From the NCBI GenBank assembly GCA_964016885.1, contig OZ024740.1:422840001-422904000 (forward strand): a stretch of 64,000 nucleotides of DNA. The letters are read 5' to 3'. The notes beneath the pieces are model-generated. The model saw nothing but the letters and a program-made list of their open reading frames with translations. It searched no databases and was not told the origin of the DNA. Position 1 is the first letter of the stretch. Every line of letters begins with the position of its first letter. The DNA comes from Eledone cirrhosa (lineage: Eukaryota). Positions 9,865 through 23,200 of this stretch are shown piece after piece. Position numbers and translations under genes: made by a program.

Positions 9865-10240
9865 ACAGCTGAGAAGTCCATATGCTAGACCAAGATACTC
9901 TCATGGAATAACCAAATGAGGTTTATTTTTCAACGTAGTCTCTGGAAAGAAACAATGTAGTTATTAAGAAGTTCATATGCTAGACCAAGATACTCTCATG
10001 GAATGACCAAATGAGGTTTATTTTTTCAACGTAGTCTCTGGAAAGAAACAATGCAGTTATTAATAAGAAGAGTTGAAATTAATGCATGCAAGATTTCACA
10101 GCTCTAGCATTACTCATTGATAGTCAGCCTCTGAACTTTACAGTCAACCCTCGTGATTTAAAATGAATGCATACAAGATTTCAGAGCTCTAACATCACTC
10201 ATTCATAGTTAATCTCTGAACTTCTCAGCCTACCCTCGTA
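9865..10240. mobile_element. Mariner-type MITE with internal tandem duplications
   Basis: Left half twice (~9865-9971, then from ~9965), right half twice (ending caaccctcgtg ~10155 and taccctcgTA 10240); homologous to 618-792. Confidence 0.8.
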
Positions 10241-10810
10241 CACTAGAAATCTAATGCACACACCCCACCACACCCCTCATAACAATGTTTAATACAAAGT
10301 TGATGTATACCAGGAGAGATAAGAAATGTTTTTATCCTACATTCAATAATGACTGCTTTATGAAATCCTGTCTAACAAAAGAATTTTAATTTAGTTTAAC
10401 AATAATTTGTAATATTAAAATATTTAATCTGTAAACAAATATACAGAAAATATTTAAATAGCTTCAAGAAAATTATTCCTTTGTAGATTATAAATCATAT
10501 CAATGTTTATTATTTTCCTTTTTGTCTGATGGAATGGTTCATATATTCATAAGATCTAATTAAGGTGTAGAGCTAAACATAATCTACTGAAAGTAAAACT
10601 TTTTATGAAACACAATTGTAGTGTATTGTTAGTATGGCTTTTGATCAATTGAAAATCATATTCAATTGATTGATTGGGAATTTTTTATATATATTTAAAG
10701 ATAGCTAGTTATATATATATATTATATGTATTGGTGCTCTGAAATAGCGATGTATGTATAGTATCTTTAGCAATTTGCTGTATATACAGCAAAAATTAGG
10801 TATGTTGTTT

Positions 10811-11202
10811 TTGCGGGTGAGTTTAAGAAAGAGTAAGGCTCAGCCCCGGAGAACTATCAATGACTGGGGAGTTTCAAGGAAGATGATAAGCTACAGGAGA
10901 GGTACACAATAGAAGTGAGGAACATGTTCAGCACTCTGTGGGGAGAGGCAGACGAGAGAGAGATTGGAGGGACTGAGGAGTGTGTGACGAGGAGGTATAG
11001 GTATTTCACCACTGAAATGGTAGAAGCAAGTGAGGCCCTGGTTCTGAGGAGAGAAAGGAAGAGGAGGGACGACAGATCTGCAGACCCAAAAGTGTGTGCA
11101 GCCAGAGAACACCTGAGAGCTGCCAAGGATACCATCTTGATCCTGTGGAAGAGAGGAAGGAGAATGTGTAAATCATAAAGGAAGAACTCTGTACCGCTTA
11201 CA
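10811..11202 (+). mobile_element. Degraded LINE ORF2 fragment (endonuclease-RT linker, RTE-like) that runs directly into the satellite
   Basis: With two frameshifts: LRVSLRKSKAQPRRTINDWG / FKEDDKLQERYTIEVRNMFSTL...RRYRYFTTEMVEASEALVLRRERKRRDDRSADPKVCAAREHLRAAKD / YHLDPVEERKENV*IIKEELCTAYT; (Y/F)..EV.NRF..L is characteristic of the RTE-type post-endonuclease linker. Abrupt composition change from AT-rich DNA at ~10810. Confidence 0.7.
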
Positions 11203-14200
11203 CTTAGGACAGAGAGGAGGTGTTGATAGAGAAGGTCAGAGGTGTGGAGAGAGTGGTTGATAGGTCTGGATGTTAGGAGAGCTAGACCTTAGGACAGAGA
11301 GGAGGTGTTGATGGAGAAGGTCAGAAGTGTGGAGAGAGTGGTTGACAGGTCTGGATGTAAGGAGAGCTGGACCTTAGGAAAGAGAGGAGGTGTTGATGGA
11401 GAAGGTCAGAAGTGTGGAGAGAGTGGTTGACAGGTCTGGATGTAAGGAGAGCTGGACCTTAGGACAGAGAGGAGGTGTTGATAGAGAAGGTCAGAAGTGT
11501 GGAGAGAGTGGTAGAGAGGTCTGGATGTAAGGAGAGCTGGACCTTAGGACAGAGAGGAGGTGTTGATAGAGAAGGTCAGAAGTGTGGAGAGAGTGGTAGA
11601 GAGGTCTGGATGTAAGGAGAGCTGGACCTTAGGACAGAGAGGATGTGTTGATAGAGAAGGTCACAAGTGTGGAGAGAGTGGTAGAGAGGTCTGGATGTAA
11701 GGAGAGCTGGACCTTAGCAAGGAGAGGAGGTGTTGATAGAGAAGGTCAGAAGTGTGGAGAGAGTGGTAGAGAGGTCTGGATGTAAGGAGAGCTGGACCTT
11801 AGCACAGAGAGGATGTGTTGATAGAGAAGGTCAGAAGTGTGGAGAGAGTGGTTGACAGGTCTGGATGTAAGGAGAGCTAGACCTTAGGACAGAGAGGAGG
11901 TGTTGATAGAGAAGGTCAGAAGTGTGGAGAGAGTGGTAGAGAGGTCTGGATGTAAGGAGAGCTGGACCTTAGCACAGAGAGGAGGTGTTGATAGAGAAGG
12001 TCAGAAGTGTGGAGAGAGTGGTTGACAGGTCTGGATGTAAGGAGAGCTAGACCTTAGGACAGAGAGAAGGTGTTGATAGAGAAGGTCAGAAGTGTGAAGA
12101 GAGTGGTTGACAGGTCTGGGTGTAAGGAGAGCTGGACATGAGGACAGAGAGAAGGTGTTGATAGAGAAGGTCAGAAGTGTGGAGAGAGTGGTTGACAGGT
12201 CTGGGTGTAAGGAGAGCTGGACCTTAGGACAGAGAGAAGGTGTTGATAGAGAAGGTCAGACGTGTGGAGAGAGTGGTTGACAGTTCTGGATGTAAGGAGA
12301 GCTAGACCTTAGGACAGAGAGGAGGTGTTGATAGAGAATGTCAGAAGTGTGGAGAGAGTGGTTGACAGGTCTGGATGTAAGGAGAGCTGGACCTTAGGAC
12401 AGAGAGGAGGTGTTGATAGAGAAGGTCAGAAGTGTGGAGAGAGTGGTTGACAGGTCTGGATGTAAGGAGAGCTGGACCTTAGGACAGAGAGGGGGTGTTG
12501 ATAGAGAATGTCAGAAGTGTGGAGAGAGTGGTTGACAGGTCTGGATGTAAGGAGAGCTGGACCTTAGGACAGAGAGAAGGTGTTGATAGAGAAGGTCAGA
12601 AGTGTGGAGAGAGTGGTTGACAGGTCTGGATGTAAGGAGAGCTGGACCTTAGGACAGAGAGGAGGTGTTGATAGAGAAGGTCAGAAGTGTGGAGAGAGTG
12701 ATTGACAGGTCTGGATGTAAGGAGAGCTAGACCTTAGGACAGAGAGGAGGTGTTGATAGAGAAGGTCAGAAGTGTGGAGAGAGTGGTTGACAGGTCTGGA
12801 TGTAAGGAGAGCTAGACCTTAGGACAGAGAGACGGTGTTGATAGAGAAGGTCAGAAGTGTGAAGAGAGTGGTTGACAGGTCTGGGTGTAAGGAGAGCTAG
12901 ACCCTAGGACAGAGAGGAGGTGTTGATAGAGAAGGTCAGAAGTGTGGAGAGAGTGGTTCAAAGGTCTGGATGTAAGGAGAGCTGGACCTTAGGACAGAGA
13001 GAAGGTGTTGATAGAGAAGGTCAGAAGTGTGGAGAGAGTGGTTGACATGTCTGGGTGTAAGGAGAGCTAGACCTTAGGACAGAGAGAAGGTGTTGATAGA
13101 GAAGGTCAGAAGTGTGGAGAGAGTGGTTGACAGGTCTGGGTGTAAGGAGTGCTGGACCTTAGGACAGAGAGAAGGTGTTGATAGAGAAGGTCAGAAGTGT
13201 GGAGAGAGTGGTTGACAGGTCTGGATGAAAGGAGAGCTAGACCTTAGGACAGAGAGGAGGTGTTGTTAGAGAAGGTCAGAAGTGTGGACAGAGTGGTTGA
13301 CAGGTCTGGATGAAAGGAGAGCTAGACATTAGGAGAGAGAGGAGGTGTTGATAGAGAAGGTCAGAAGTGTGGACAGAGTGGTTGACAGGTCTGGATGAAA
13401 GGATAGCTAGACCTTAGGACAGAGAGGAGGTGTTGATAGAGAAGGTCAGAAGTGTGGAGAGTGGTTGACAGGTCTGGATGAAAGGAGAGCTAGACATTAG
13501 GAAAGAGAGGAGGTGTTGATAGAGAAGGTCAGAAGTGTGGAGAGAGTGGTAGAGAGGTCTGGATGTAAGGAGAGCTAGACCTTAGGAAAGAGAGGAGGTG
13601 TTGATAGAGAAGATCAGAAGTGTGGAGAGAGTGGTTGACAGGTCTGGATGTAAGGAGAGCTAGACCTTAGGAAAGAGAGGAGGTGTTGATAGAGAAGATC
13701 AGAAGTGTGGAGAGAGTGGTTGACAGGTCTGGATGTAAGGAGAGCTAGACCTTAGGAAAGAGAGGAGGTGTTGATATAGAAGATCAGAAGTGTGGAGAGA
13801 GTGGTTGACAGGTCTGGATGTAAGGAGAGCTAGACCTTAGGACAGAGAGGAGGTGTTGATGGAGAATGTAAGAAGTGTGGAGAGAGTTGTTGACAGGTCT
13901 GGATGTAAGGAGAGCTGGACCTTAGGACAGAGAAGAGGTGTTGATGGAGAATGTAAGAAGTGTGGAGAGAGTGGTTGACAGGTCCGGATGTAAGGAGAAC
14001 TGGACCTTAGGACAGAGAGGAGGTGTTGATAGAGAAGGTCAGAAGTGTGGAGAGAGTGGTAGAGAGGTCTGGATGTAAGGAGAGCTAGACCTTAGGACAG
14101 AGAGGAGGTGTTGATAGAGAAGGTCAGAAGTGTGCAGAGAGTGGTAGAGAGGTCTGGATGTAAGGAGAGCTGGACCTTAGGACAGAGAGGAGATGTTGAT

Positions 14201-17200
14201 AGAGAAGGTCAGAAGTGTGGAGAGAGTGGTTGACAGGTCTGGATGTAAGGAGAGCTGGACCTTAGGACAGAGAGGAGGTGTTGATAGAGAAGGTCAGAAG
14301 TGTGGAGAGAGTGGTTGACAAGTCTGGATGTAAGGAGAGCTAGACCTGAGCACAGAGAGGAGGTGTTGATGGAGAAGGTAAGAAGTGTGGAGAGAGTGGT
14401 TGACAGGTCTGGATGTAAGGAGAGCTAGACCTTAGGACAGAGAGGAGGTGTTGATAAAGAAGGTCAGAAGTGTGGAGAGAGTGGTTGACAGCTCTGGATG
14501 TAAGGAGAGCTAGACCTTAGGACAGAGAGGAGGTGTTGATAGAGAAGGTCAGAAGTGTGGAGAGAGTGGTTGACAGGTCTGGATGTAAGGAGAGCTAGAC
14601 CTTAGGACAGAGAGGAGGTGTTGTTAGAGAAGGTCAGAAGTGTGGAGAGAGTGGTTGACAGGTCTGGATGTAAGGAGAGCTAGACCTTAGGACAGAGTGG
14701 AGGTGTTGATGGAGAAGGTCTGAAGTGTGGAGAGAGTGGTTGACAGGTCTGGATGTAAGGAGAGGTGGACCTTAGGACAGAGAGGAGGTGTTTATAGAGA
14801 AGGTCAGAAGTGTGGAAAGAGTGGTAGAGAGGTCTGGATGTAAGGAGAGCTAGACCTTAGGACAGAGGGTAGGTGTTGATAGAGAAGGTCAGAAGTGTGG
14901 AGAGAGTGGTAGAGAGGTCTGGATGTAAGGAGAGCTAGACCTTAGGAAAGAGAGGAGGTGTTGATAGAGAAGGTCAGAAGTGTGGAGAGCGTGGTTGACA
15001 GGTCTGGATGTAAGGAGAGCTAGACCTTAGGACTGAGAGGAGGTGTTGATGGAGAAGGTCAGAAGTGTGGAGAGAGTGGTTGACAGGTCTGGATGTAAGG
15101 AGAGCTAGACCTTATGACTGAGAGGAGATGTTGATAGAGAAGGTCAGAAGTGTGGAGAGAGTGGTTGACAGGTCTGGATGTAAGGAGAGCTAGACCTTAG
15201 GACAGAGAGGAGGTGTTGATAGAGAAGGTCAGAAGTGTGGAGAGAGTGGTTGACAGGTCTGGATGTAAGGAGAGCTGGACCTTAGCAGAGAGAGGAGGTG
15301 TTGATAGAGAAGGTCAGAAGTGTGGAGAGAGTGGTTGACAGGTCAGGATGTGAGGAGAGCTGGACCTTAGGACAGAGAGGAGGTGTTGATAGAGAAGGTC
15401 AGAAGTGTGGAGAGAGTGGTTGACAGGTCTGGATGTAAGGAGAGCTAGACCTTAGGACAGAGAAGAGGTGTTGATGGAGAAGGTCAGAAGTGTGGAGAGA
15501 GTGGTTGACTGGTCTGGATGTAAGGAGAGCTGGACCTTAGGACAGAGAGGAGGTGTTGATAGAGAAGGTCAGAAGTGTGGAGAGAGTGGTTGACAGGTCT
15601 GGATGTAAGGAGAGCTGGACCTTAGCAGAGAGAGGAGGTGTTGATAGAGAAGGTCAGAAGTGTGGAGAGAGTAGTTGACAGGTCTGGATGTAAGGAGAGC
15701 TGGACCTTAGGACAGGGAGGAGGTGTTGATGGAGAAGGTAAGAAGTGTGGAGAGAGTGGTTGACAGGTCTGGATGTAATGAGAGCTGGACCTTAGGACAG
15801 AGAGGAGGTGTTGATGGAGAAGGTAAGAAGTGTGGAGAGAGTGGTTGACAGGTTTGGATGTAAGGAGAGCTAGACCTTAGGACAGAGAGGAGGTGTTGTT
15901 AGAGAAGGTCAGAAGTGTGGAGAGAGTGGTTGACAGGTCTGGATGTAAGGAGAGCTAGACCTTAGGACAGAGAGGAGGTGTTGATGGAGAAGGTCTGAAG
16001 TGTGGAGAGAGTGGTTGACAGGTCTGGATGTAAGGAGAGGTGGACCTTAGGACAGAGAGGAGGTGTTGATAGAGAAGGTCAGAAGTGTGGAGAGAGTGGT
16101 AGAGAGGTCTGGATGTAAGGAGAGCTAAACCTTAGGACAGAGGGGAGCTGTTGATAGAGAAGGTCAGAAGTGTGGAGAGAGTGGATGACAGGTCTGGATG
16201 TAAGGAGAGCTAGACCTTAGGACAGAGAGGATGTGTTGATAGAGAAGGTCAGAAGTGTGGAGAGAGTGGTAGAGAGGTCTGGATGTAAGGAGAGCTGGAC
16301 CTTAGGACAGAGAAGAGATGTTGATAGAGAAGGTCAGAAGTGTGGAGAGAGTGGTTGACACGTATGGATGTAAGGAGAGCTAGACCTTAGGACAGAGAAG
16401 AGGTGTTTATTGAGAAGGTCTGATTTTTGGAGAGAGTGGTTGACAGGTCTGGATGTAAGGAGAGCTGGACCTTAGGACAGAGAGGAGATGTTGATAGAGA
16501 AGGTCAGAAGTGTGGAGAGAGTGGATGACAGGTATGGATGTAAGGAGAGCTAGACCTTAGGACAGAGAAGAGGTGTTGATGGAGAAGGTCAGAAGTGTGG
16601 AGAGAGTTGTTGACAGGTCTGGATGTAAGGAGAGCTGGACCTTAGGACAGAGAGGAGGTGTTGATAGAGAAGGTCAGAAGTGTGGAGAGAGTGGTTGACA
16701 GGTCTGGATGTAAGGAGAGCTGGACCTTAGGATAGAGAGGAGGTGTTGATTGAGAAGGTCTGATTTTTGGAGGGTGTGGTTGACAGGTCTGGATGTAAGC
16801 AGAGCTGGACCTTAGGAGAGAGAGGAAGTGTTGATAGAGAAGGTCAGAAGTGTGGAAAGAGTGGTTGACAGGTCAGGATGTAAGGAGAGCTGGACCTTAG
16901 GACAGAGAGGAGGTGTTGATAGAGAAGGTCAGAAGTGTGGAGAGAGTGGTTGACAGGTCTGGATGTAAGGAGAGCTAGACCTTAGGACAGAGAAGAGGTG
17001 TTGATGGAGAAGGTCAGAAGTGTGGAGAGAGTGGTTGACTGGTCTGGATGTAAGGAGAGCTGGACTTTAGGACAGAGAGGAGGTGTTGATAGAGAAGGTC
17101 AGAAGTGTGGAGAGAGTGGTTGACAGGTCTGGATGTAAGGAGAGCTGAACCTTAGGACAGAGAGGAGGTGTTGATAGAGAAGGTCAGAAGTGTGGAGAGA

Positions 17201-20200
17201 GTAGTTGACAGGTCTGGATGTAAGGAGAGCTGGACCTTAGGACAGAGAGGAGGTGTTGATGGAGAAGGTAAGAAGTGTGGAGAGAGTGGTTGACAGGTCT
17301 GGATATAATGAGAGCTGGACCTTAGGACAGAGAGGAGGTGTTGATGGAGAAGGTAAGAAGTGTGGAGAGAGTGGTTGACAGGTCTGGATGTAAGGAGAGC
17401 TAGACCTTAAGACAGAGAGGAGGTGTTGATGGAGAAGGTCTGAAGTGTGGAGAGAGTGGTTGACAGGTCTGGATGTAAGGAGAGCTGGACCTTAGGACAG
17501 AGAGGAGGTGTTGATAGAGAAGGTCAGAAGTGTGGAGAGAGTGGTTGACAGGTCTGGATGTAAGGAGAGCTGGACCTTAGCAGAGAGAGGAGGTGTTGAT
17601 AGAGAAGGTCAGAAGTGTGGAGAGAGTAGTTGACAGGTCTGGATGTAAGGAGAGCTGGACCTTAGGACAGGGAGGAGGTGTTGATGGAGAAGGTAAGAAG
17701 TGTGGAGAGAGTGGTTGACAGGTCTGGATGTAATGAGAGCTGGACCTTAGGACAGAGAGGAGGTGTTGATGGAGAAGGTAAGAAGTGTGGAGAGAGTGGT
17801 TGACAGGTTTGGATGTAAGGAGAGCTAGACCTTAGGACAGAGAGGAGGTGTTGTTAGAGAAGGTCAGAAGTGTGGAGAGAGTGGTTGACAGGTCTGGATG
17901 TAAGGAGAGCTAGACCTTAGTACAGAGAGGAGGTGTTGATGGAGAAGGTCTGAAGTGTGGAGAGAGTGGTTGACAGGTCTGGATGTAAGGAGAGGTGGAC
18001 CTTAGGACAGAGAGGAGGTGTTGATAGAGAAGGTCAGAAGTGTGGAGAGAGTGGTAGAGAGGTCTGGATGTAAGGAGAGCTAGACCTTAGGACAGAGGGG
18101 AGCTGTTGATAGAGAAGGTCAGAAGTGTGGAGAGAGTGGATGACAGGTCTGGATGTAAGGAGAGCTAGACCTTAGGACAGAGAGGATGTGTTGATAGAGA
18201 AGGTCAGAAGTGTGGAGAGAGTGGTAGAGAGGTCTGGATGTAAGGAGAGCTGGACCTTAGGACAGAGAGGAGATGTTGATAGAGAAGGTCAGAAGTGTGG
18301 AGAGAGTGGTTGACACGTATGGATGTAAGGAGAGCTAGACCTTAGGACAGAGAAGAGGTGTTTATTGAGAAGTTCTGATTTTTGGAGAGAGTGGTTGACA
18401 GGTCTGGATGTAAGGAGAGCTGGACCTTAGGACAGAGAGATGTTGATAGAGAAGGTCAGAAGTGTGGAGAGAGTGGATGACAGGTATGGATGTAAGGAGA
18501 GCTAGACCTTAGGACAGAGAAGAGGTGTTGATGGAGAAGGTCAGAAGTGTGGAGAGAGTTGTTGACAGGTCTGGATGTAAGGAGAGCTGGACCTTAGGAC
18601 AGAGAGGAGGTGTTGATAGAGAAGGTCAGAAGTGTGGAGAGAGTGGTTGACAGGTCTGGATGTAAGGAGAGCTGGACCTTAGGATAGAGAGGAGGTGTTG
18701 ATTGAGAAGGTCTGATTTTTGGAGGGTGTGGTTGACAGGTCTGGATGTAAGCAGAGCTGGACCTTAGGACAGAGAGGAGGTGTTGATAGAGAAGGTCAGA
18801 AGTGTGGAAAGAGTGGTTGACAGGTCAGGATGTAAGGAGAGCTGGACCTTAGGACAGAGAGGAGGTGTTGATAGAGAAGGTCAGAAGTGTGGAGAGAGTG
18901 GTTGACAGGTCTGGATGTAAGGAGAGCTAGACCTTAGGACAGAGAAGAGGTGTTGATGGAGAAGGTCAGAAGTGTGGAGAGAGTGGTTGACTGGTCTGGA
19001 TGTAAGGAGAGCTGGACCTTAGGACAGAGAGGAGGTGTTGATAGAGAAAGTCAGAAGTGTGGAGAGAGTGGTTGACAGGTCTGGATGTAAGGAGAGCTGA
19101 ACCTTAGGACAGAGAGGAGGTGTTGATAGAGAAGGTCAGAAGTGTGGAGAGAGTAGTTGACAGGTCTGGATGTAAGGAGAGCTGGACCTTAGGACAGAGA
19201 GGAGGTGTTGATGGAGAAGGTAAGAAGTGTGGAGAGAGTGGTTGACAGGTCTGGATATAATGAGAGCTGGACCTTAGGACAGAGAGGAGGTGTTGATGGA
19301 GAAGGTAAGAAGTGTGGAGAGAGTGGTTGACAGGTCAGGATGTAAGGAGAGCTGGACCTTAGGACAGAGAAGAGGTGTTGATGGAGAATGTAAGAAGTGT
19401 GGAGAGAGTGGTTGACAGGTCCGGATGTAAGGAGAACTGGACCTTAGGACAGAGAGGAGGTGTTGATAGAGAAGGTCAGAAGTGTGGAGAGAGTGGTAGA
19501 GAGGTCTGGATGTAAGGAGAGCTAGACCTTAGGACAGAGAGGAGGTGTTGATAGAGAAGGTCAGAAGTGTGCAGAGAGTGGTAGAGAGGTCTGGATGTAA
19601 GGAGAGCTGGACCTTAGGACAGAGAGGAGATGTTGATAGAGAAGGTCAGAAGTGTGGAGAGAGTGGTTGACAGGTCTGGATGTAAGGAGAGCTGGACCTT
19701 AGGACAGAGAGGAGGTGTTGATAGAGAAGGTCAGAAGTGTGGAGAGAGTGGTTGACAAGTCTGGATGTAAGGAGAGCTAGACCTGAGCACAGAGAGGAGG
19801 TGTTGATGGAGAAGGTAAGAAGTGTGGAGAGAGTGGTTGACAGGTCTGGATGTAAGGAGAGCTAGACCTTAGGACAGAGAGGAGGTGTTGATAGAGAAGG
19901 TCAGAAGTGTGGAGAGAGTGGTTGACAGGTCTGGATGTAAGGAGAGCTAGACCTTAGGACAGAGAGGAGGTGTTGATAGAGAAGGTCAGAAGTGTGGAGA
20001 GAGTGGTTGACAGGTCTGGATGTAAGGAGAGCTAGACCTTAGGACAGAGAGGAGGTGTTGTTAGAGAAGGTCAGAAGTGTGGAGAGAGTGGTTGACAGGT
20101 CTGGATGTAAGGAGAGCTAGACCTTAGGACAGAGTGGAGGTGTTGATGGAGAAGGTCTGAAGTGTGGAGAGAGTGGTTGACAGGTCTGGATGTAAGGAGA

Positions 20201-23200
20201 GGTGGACCTTAGGACAGAGAGGAGGTGTTTATAGAGAAGGTCAGAAGTGTGGAGAGAGTGGTAGAGAGGTCTGGATGTAAGGAGAGCTAGACCTTAGGAC
20301 AGAGGGGAGGTGTTGATAGAGAAGGTCAGAAGTGTGGAGAGAGTGGTAGAGAGGTCTGGATGTAAGGAGAGCTAGACCTTAGGAAAGAGAGGAGGTGTTG
20401 ATAGAGAAGGTCAGAAGTGTGGAGAGAGTGGTTGACAGGTCTGGATGTAAGGAGAGCTAGACCTTAGGACTGAGAGGAGGTGTTGATGGAGAAGGTCAGA
20501 AGTGTGGAGAGAGTGGTTGACAGGTCTGGATGTAAGGAGAGCTAGACCTTATGACTGAGAGGAGATGTTGATAGAGAAGGTCAGAAGTGTGGAGAGAGTG
20601 GTTGACAGGTCTGGATGTAAGGAGAGCTAGACCTTAGGACAGAGAGGAGGTGTTGATGGAGAATGTAAGAAGTGTGGAGAGAGTGGTTGACAGGTCTGGA
20701 TGTAAGGAGAGCTGGACCTTAGGACAGAGAGGAGATGTTGATAGAGGAGGTCAGAAGTGTGGAGAGAGTGGTTGACAGGTCTGGATGTAAGAAGAGCTAG
20801 ACCTTAGGACAGAGAGGAGGTGTTGATAGAGAAGGTCAGAAGTGTGGAGAGAGTGGTTGACAGGTCAGGATGTGAGGAGAGCTGGACCTTAGGACAGAGA
20901 GGAGGTGTTGATAGAGAAGGTCAGAAGTGTGGAGAGAGTGGTTGACAGGTCTGGATGTAAGGAGAGCTAGACCTTAGGACAGAGAAGAGGTGTTGATGGA
21001 GAAGGTCAGAAGTGTGGAGAGAGTGGTTGACTGGTCTGGATGTAAGGAGAGCTGGACCTTAGGACAGAGAGGAGGTGTTGATAGAGAAGGTCAGAAGTGT
21101 GGAGAGAGTGGTTGACAGGTCTGGATGTAAGGAGAGCTGGACCTTAGGACAGAGAGGAGGTGTTGATAGAGAAGGTCAGAAGTGTGGAGAGAGTTGTTGA
21201 CAGGTCTGGATGTAAGGAGAGCTGGACCTTAGGAGAGAGAGGAGGTGTTGATAGAGAAGGTCAGAAGTGTGGAGAGAGTAGTTGACAGGTCTGGATGTAA
21301 GGAGAGCTGGACCTTAGGACAGAGAGGAGGTGTTGATGGAGAAGGTAAGAAGTGTGGAGAGAGTGGTTGACAGGTCTGGATGTAAGGAGAGCTAGACCTT
21401 AGGACAGAGAGGAGGTGTTGATGGAGAAGGTCTGAAGTGTGGAGAGAGTGGTTGACAGGTCTGGATGTAAGGAGAGGTGGACCTTAGGACAGAGAGGAGG
21501 TGTTGATAGAGAAGGTCAGAAGTGTGGAGAGAGTGGTAGAGAGGTCTGGATGTAAGGAGAGCTAGACCTTAGGACAGAGGGGAGCTGTTGATAGAGAAGG
21601 TCAGAAGTGTGGAGAGAGTGGATGACAGGTCTGGATGTAAGGAGAGCTAGACCTTAGGACAGAGAGGATGTGTTGATAGAGAAGGTCAGAAGTGTGGAGA
21701 GAGTCGTAGAGAGGTCTGGATGTAAGGAGAGCTGGACCTTAGGACAGAGAGGAGATGTTGATAGAGCAGGTCAGAAGTGTGGAGAGAGTGGTTGACACGT
21801 ATGGATGTAAGGAGAGCTAGACCTTAGGACAGAGAAGAGGTGTTTATTGAGAAGGTCTGATTTTTGGAGAGAGTGGTTGACAGGTCTGGATGTAAGGAGA
21901 GCTGGACCTTAGGACAGAGAGGAGATGTTGATAGAGAAGGTCAGAAGTGTGGAGAGAGTGGATGACAGGTATGGATGTAAGGAGAGCTAGACCTTAGGAC
22001 AGAGAAGAGGTGTTGATGGAGAAGGTCAGAAGTGTGGAGAGAGTTGTTGACAGGTCTGGATGTAAGGAGAGCTGGACCTTAGGACAGAGAGGAGGTGTTG
22101 ATAGAGAAGGTCAGAAGTGTGGAGAGAGTGGTTGACAGGTCTGGATGTAAGGAGAGCTGGACCTTAGGATAGAGAGGAGGTGTTGATTGAGAAGGTCTGA
22201 TTTTTGGAGGGTGTGGTTGACAGGTCTGGATGTAAGCAGAGCTGGACCTTAGGACAGAGAGGAGGTGTTGATAGAGAAGGTCAGAAGTGTGGAAAGAGTG
22301 GTTGACAGGTCAGGATATAAGGAGAGCTGGACCTTAGGACAGAGAGGAGGTGTTGTTAGAGAAGGTCAGAAGTGTGGAGAGAGTGGTTGACAGGTCTGGA
22401 TGTAAGGAGAGCTAGACCTTAGGACAGAGTGGAGGTGTTGATGGAGAAGGTCTGAAGTGTGGAGAGAGTGGTTGACAGGTCTGGATGTAAGGAGAGGTGG
22501 ACCTTAGGACAGAGAGGAGGTGTTTATAGAGAAGGTCAGAAGTGTGGAGAGAGTGGTAGAGAGGTCTGGATGTAAGGAGAGCTAGACCTTAGGACAGAGG
22601 GGAGGTGTTGATAGAGAAGGTCAGAAGTGTGGAGAGAGTGGTAGAGAGGTCTGGATGTAAGGAGAGCTAGACCTTAGGAAAGAGAGGAGGTGTTGATAGA
22701 GAAGGTCAGAAGTGTGGAGAGAGTGGTTGACAGGTCTGGATGTAAGGAGAGCTAGACCTTAGGACTGAGAGGAGGTGTTGATGGAGAAGGTCAGAAGTGT
22801 GGAGAGAGTGGTTGACAGGTCTGGATGTAAGGAGAGCTAGACCTTATGACTGAGAGGAGATGTTGATAGAGAAGGTCAGAAGTGTGGAGAGATTGGTTGA
22901 CAGGTCTGGATGTAAGGAGAGCTAGACCTTAGGACAGAGAGGAGGTGTTGATGGAGAATGTAAGAAGTGTGGAGAGAGTGGTTGACAGGTCTGGATGTAA
23001 GGAGAGCTGGACCTTAGGACAGAGAGGAGATATTGATAGAGAAGGTCAGAAGTGTGGAGAGAGTGGTTGACAGGTCTGGATGTAAGAAGAGCTAGACCTT
23101 AGGACAGAGAGGAGGTGTTGATAGAGAAGGTCAGAAGTGTGGAGAGAGTGGTTGACAGGTCAGGATGTGAGGAGAGCTGGACCTTAGGACAGAGAGGAGG

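Noticed and set aside
10915-11178. 87-aa ORF as a host gene
   Set aside because: Better explained as one frame of a frameshifted LINE ORF2 remnant.
11203-11290. TTAGG in each monomer as a telomeric motif
   Set aside because: One isolated pentamer per 85 bp, explained by the LINE-derived junction; no tandem telomere repeats.
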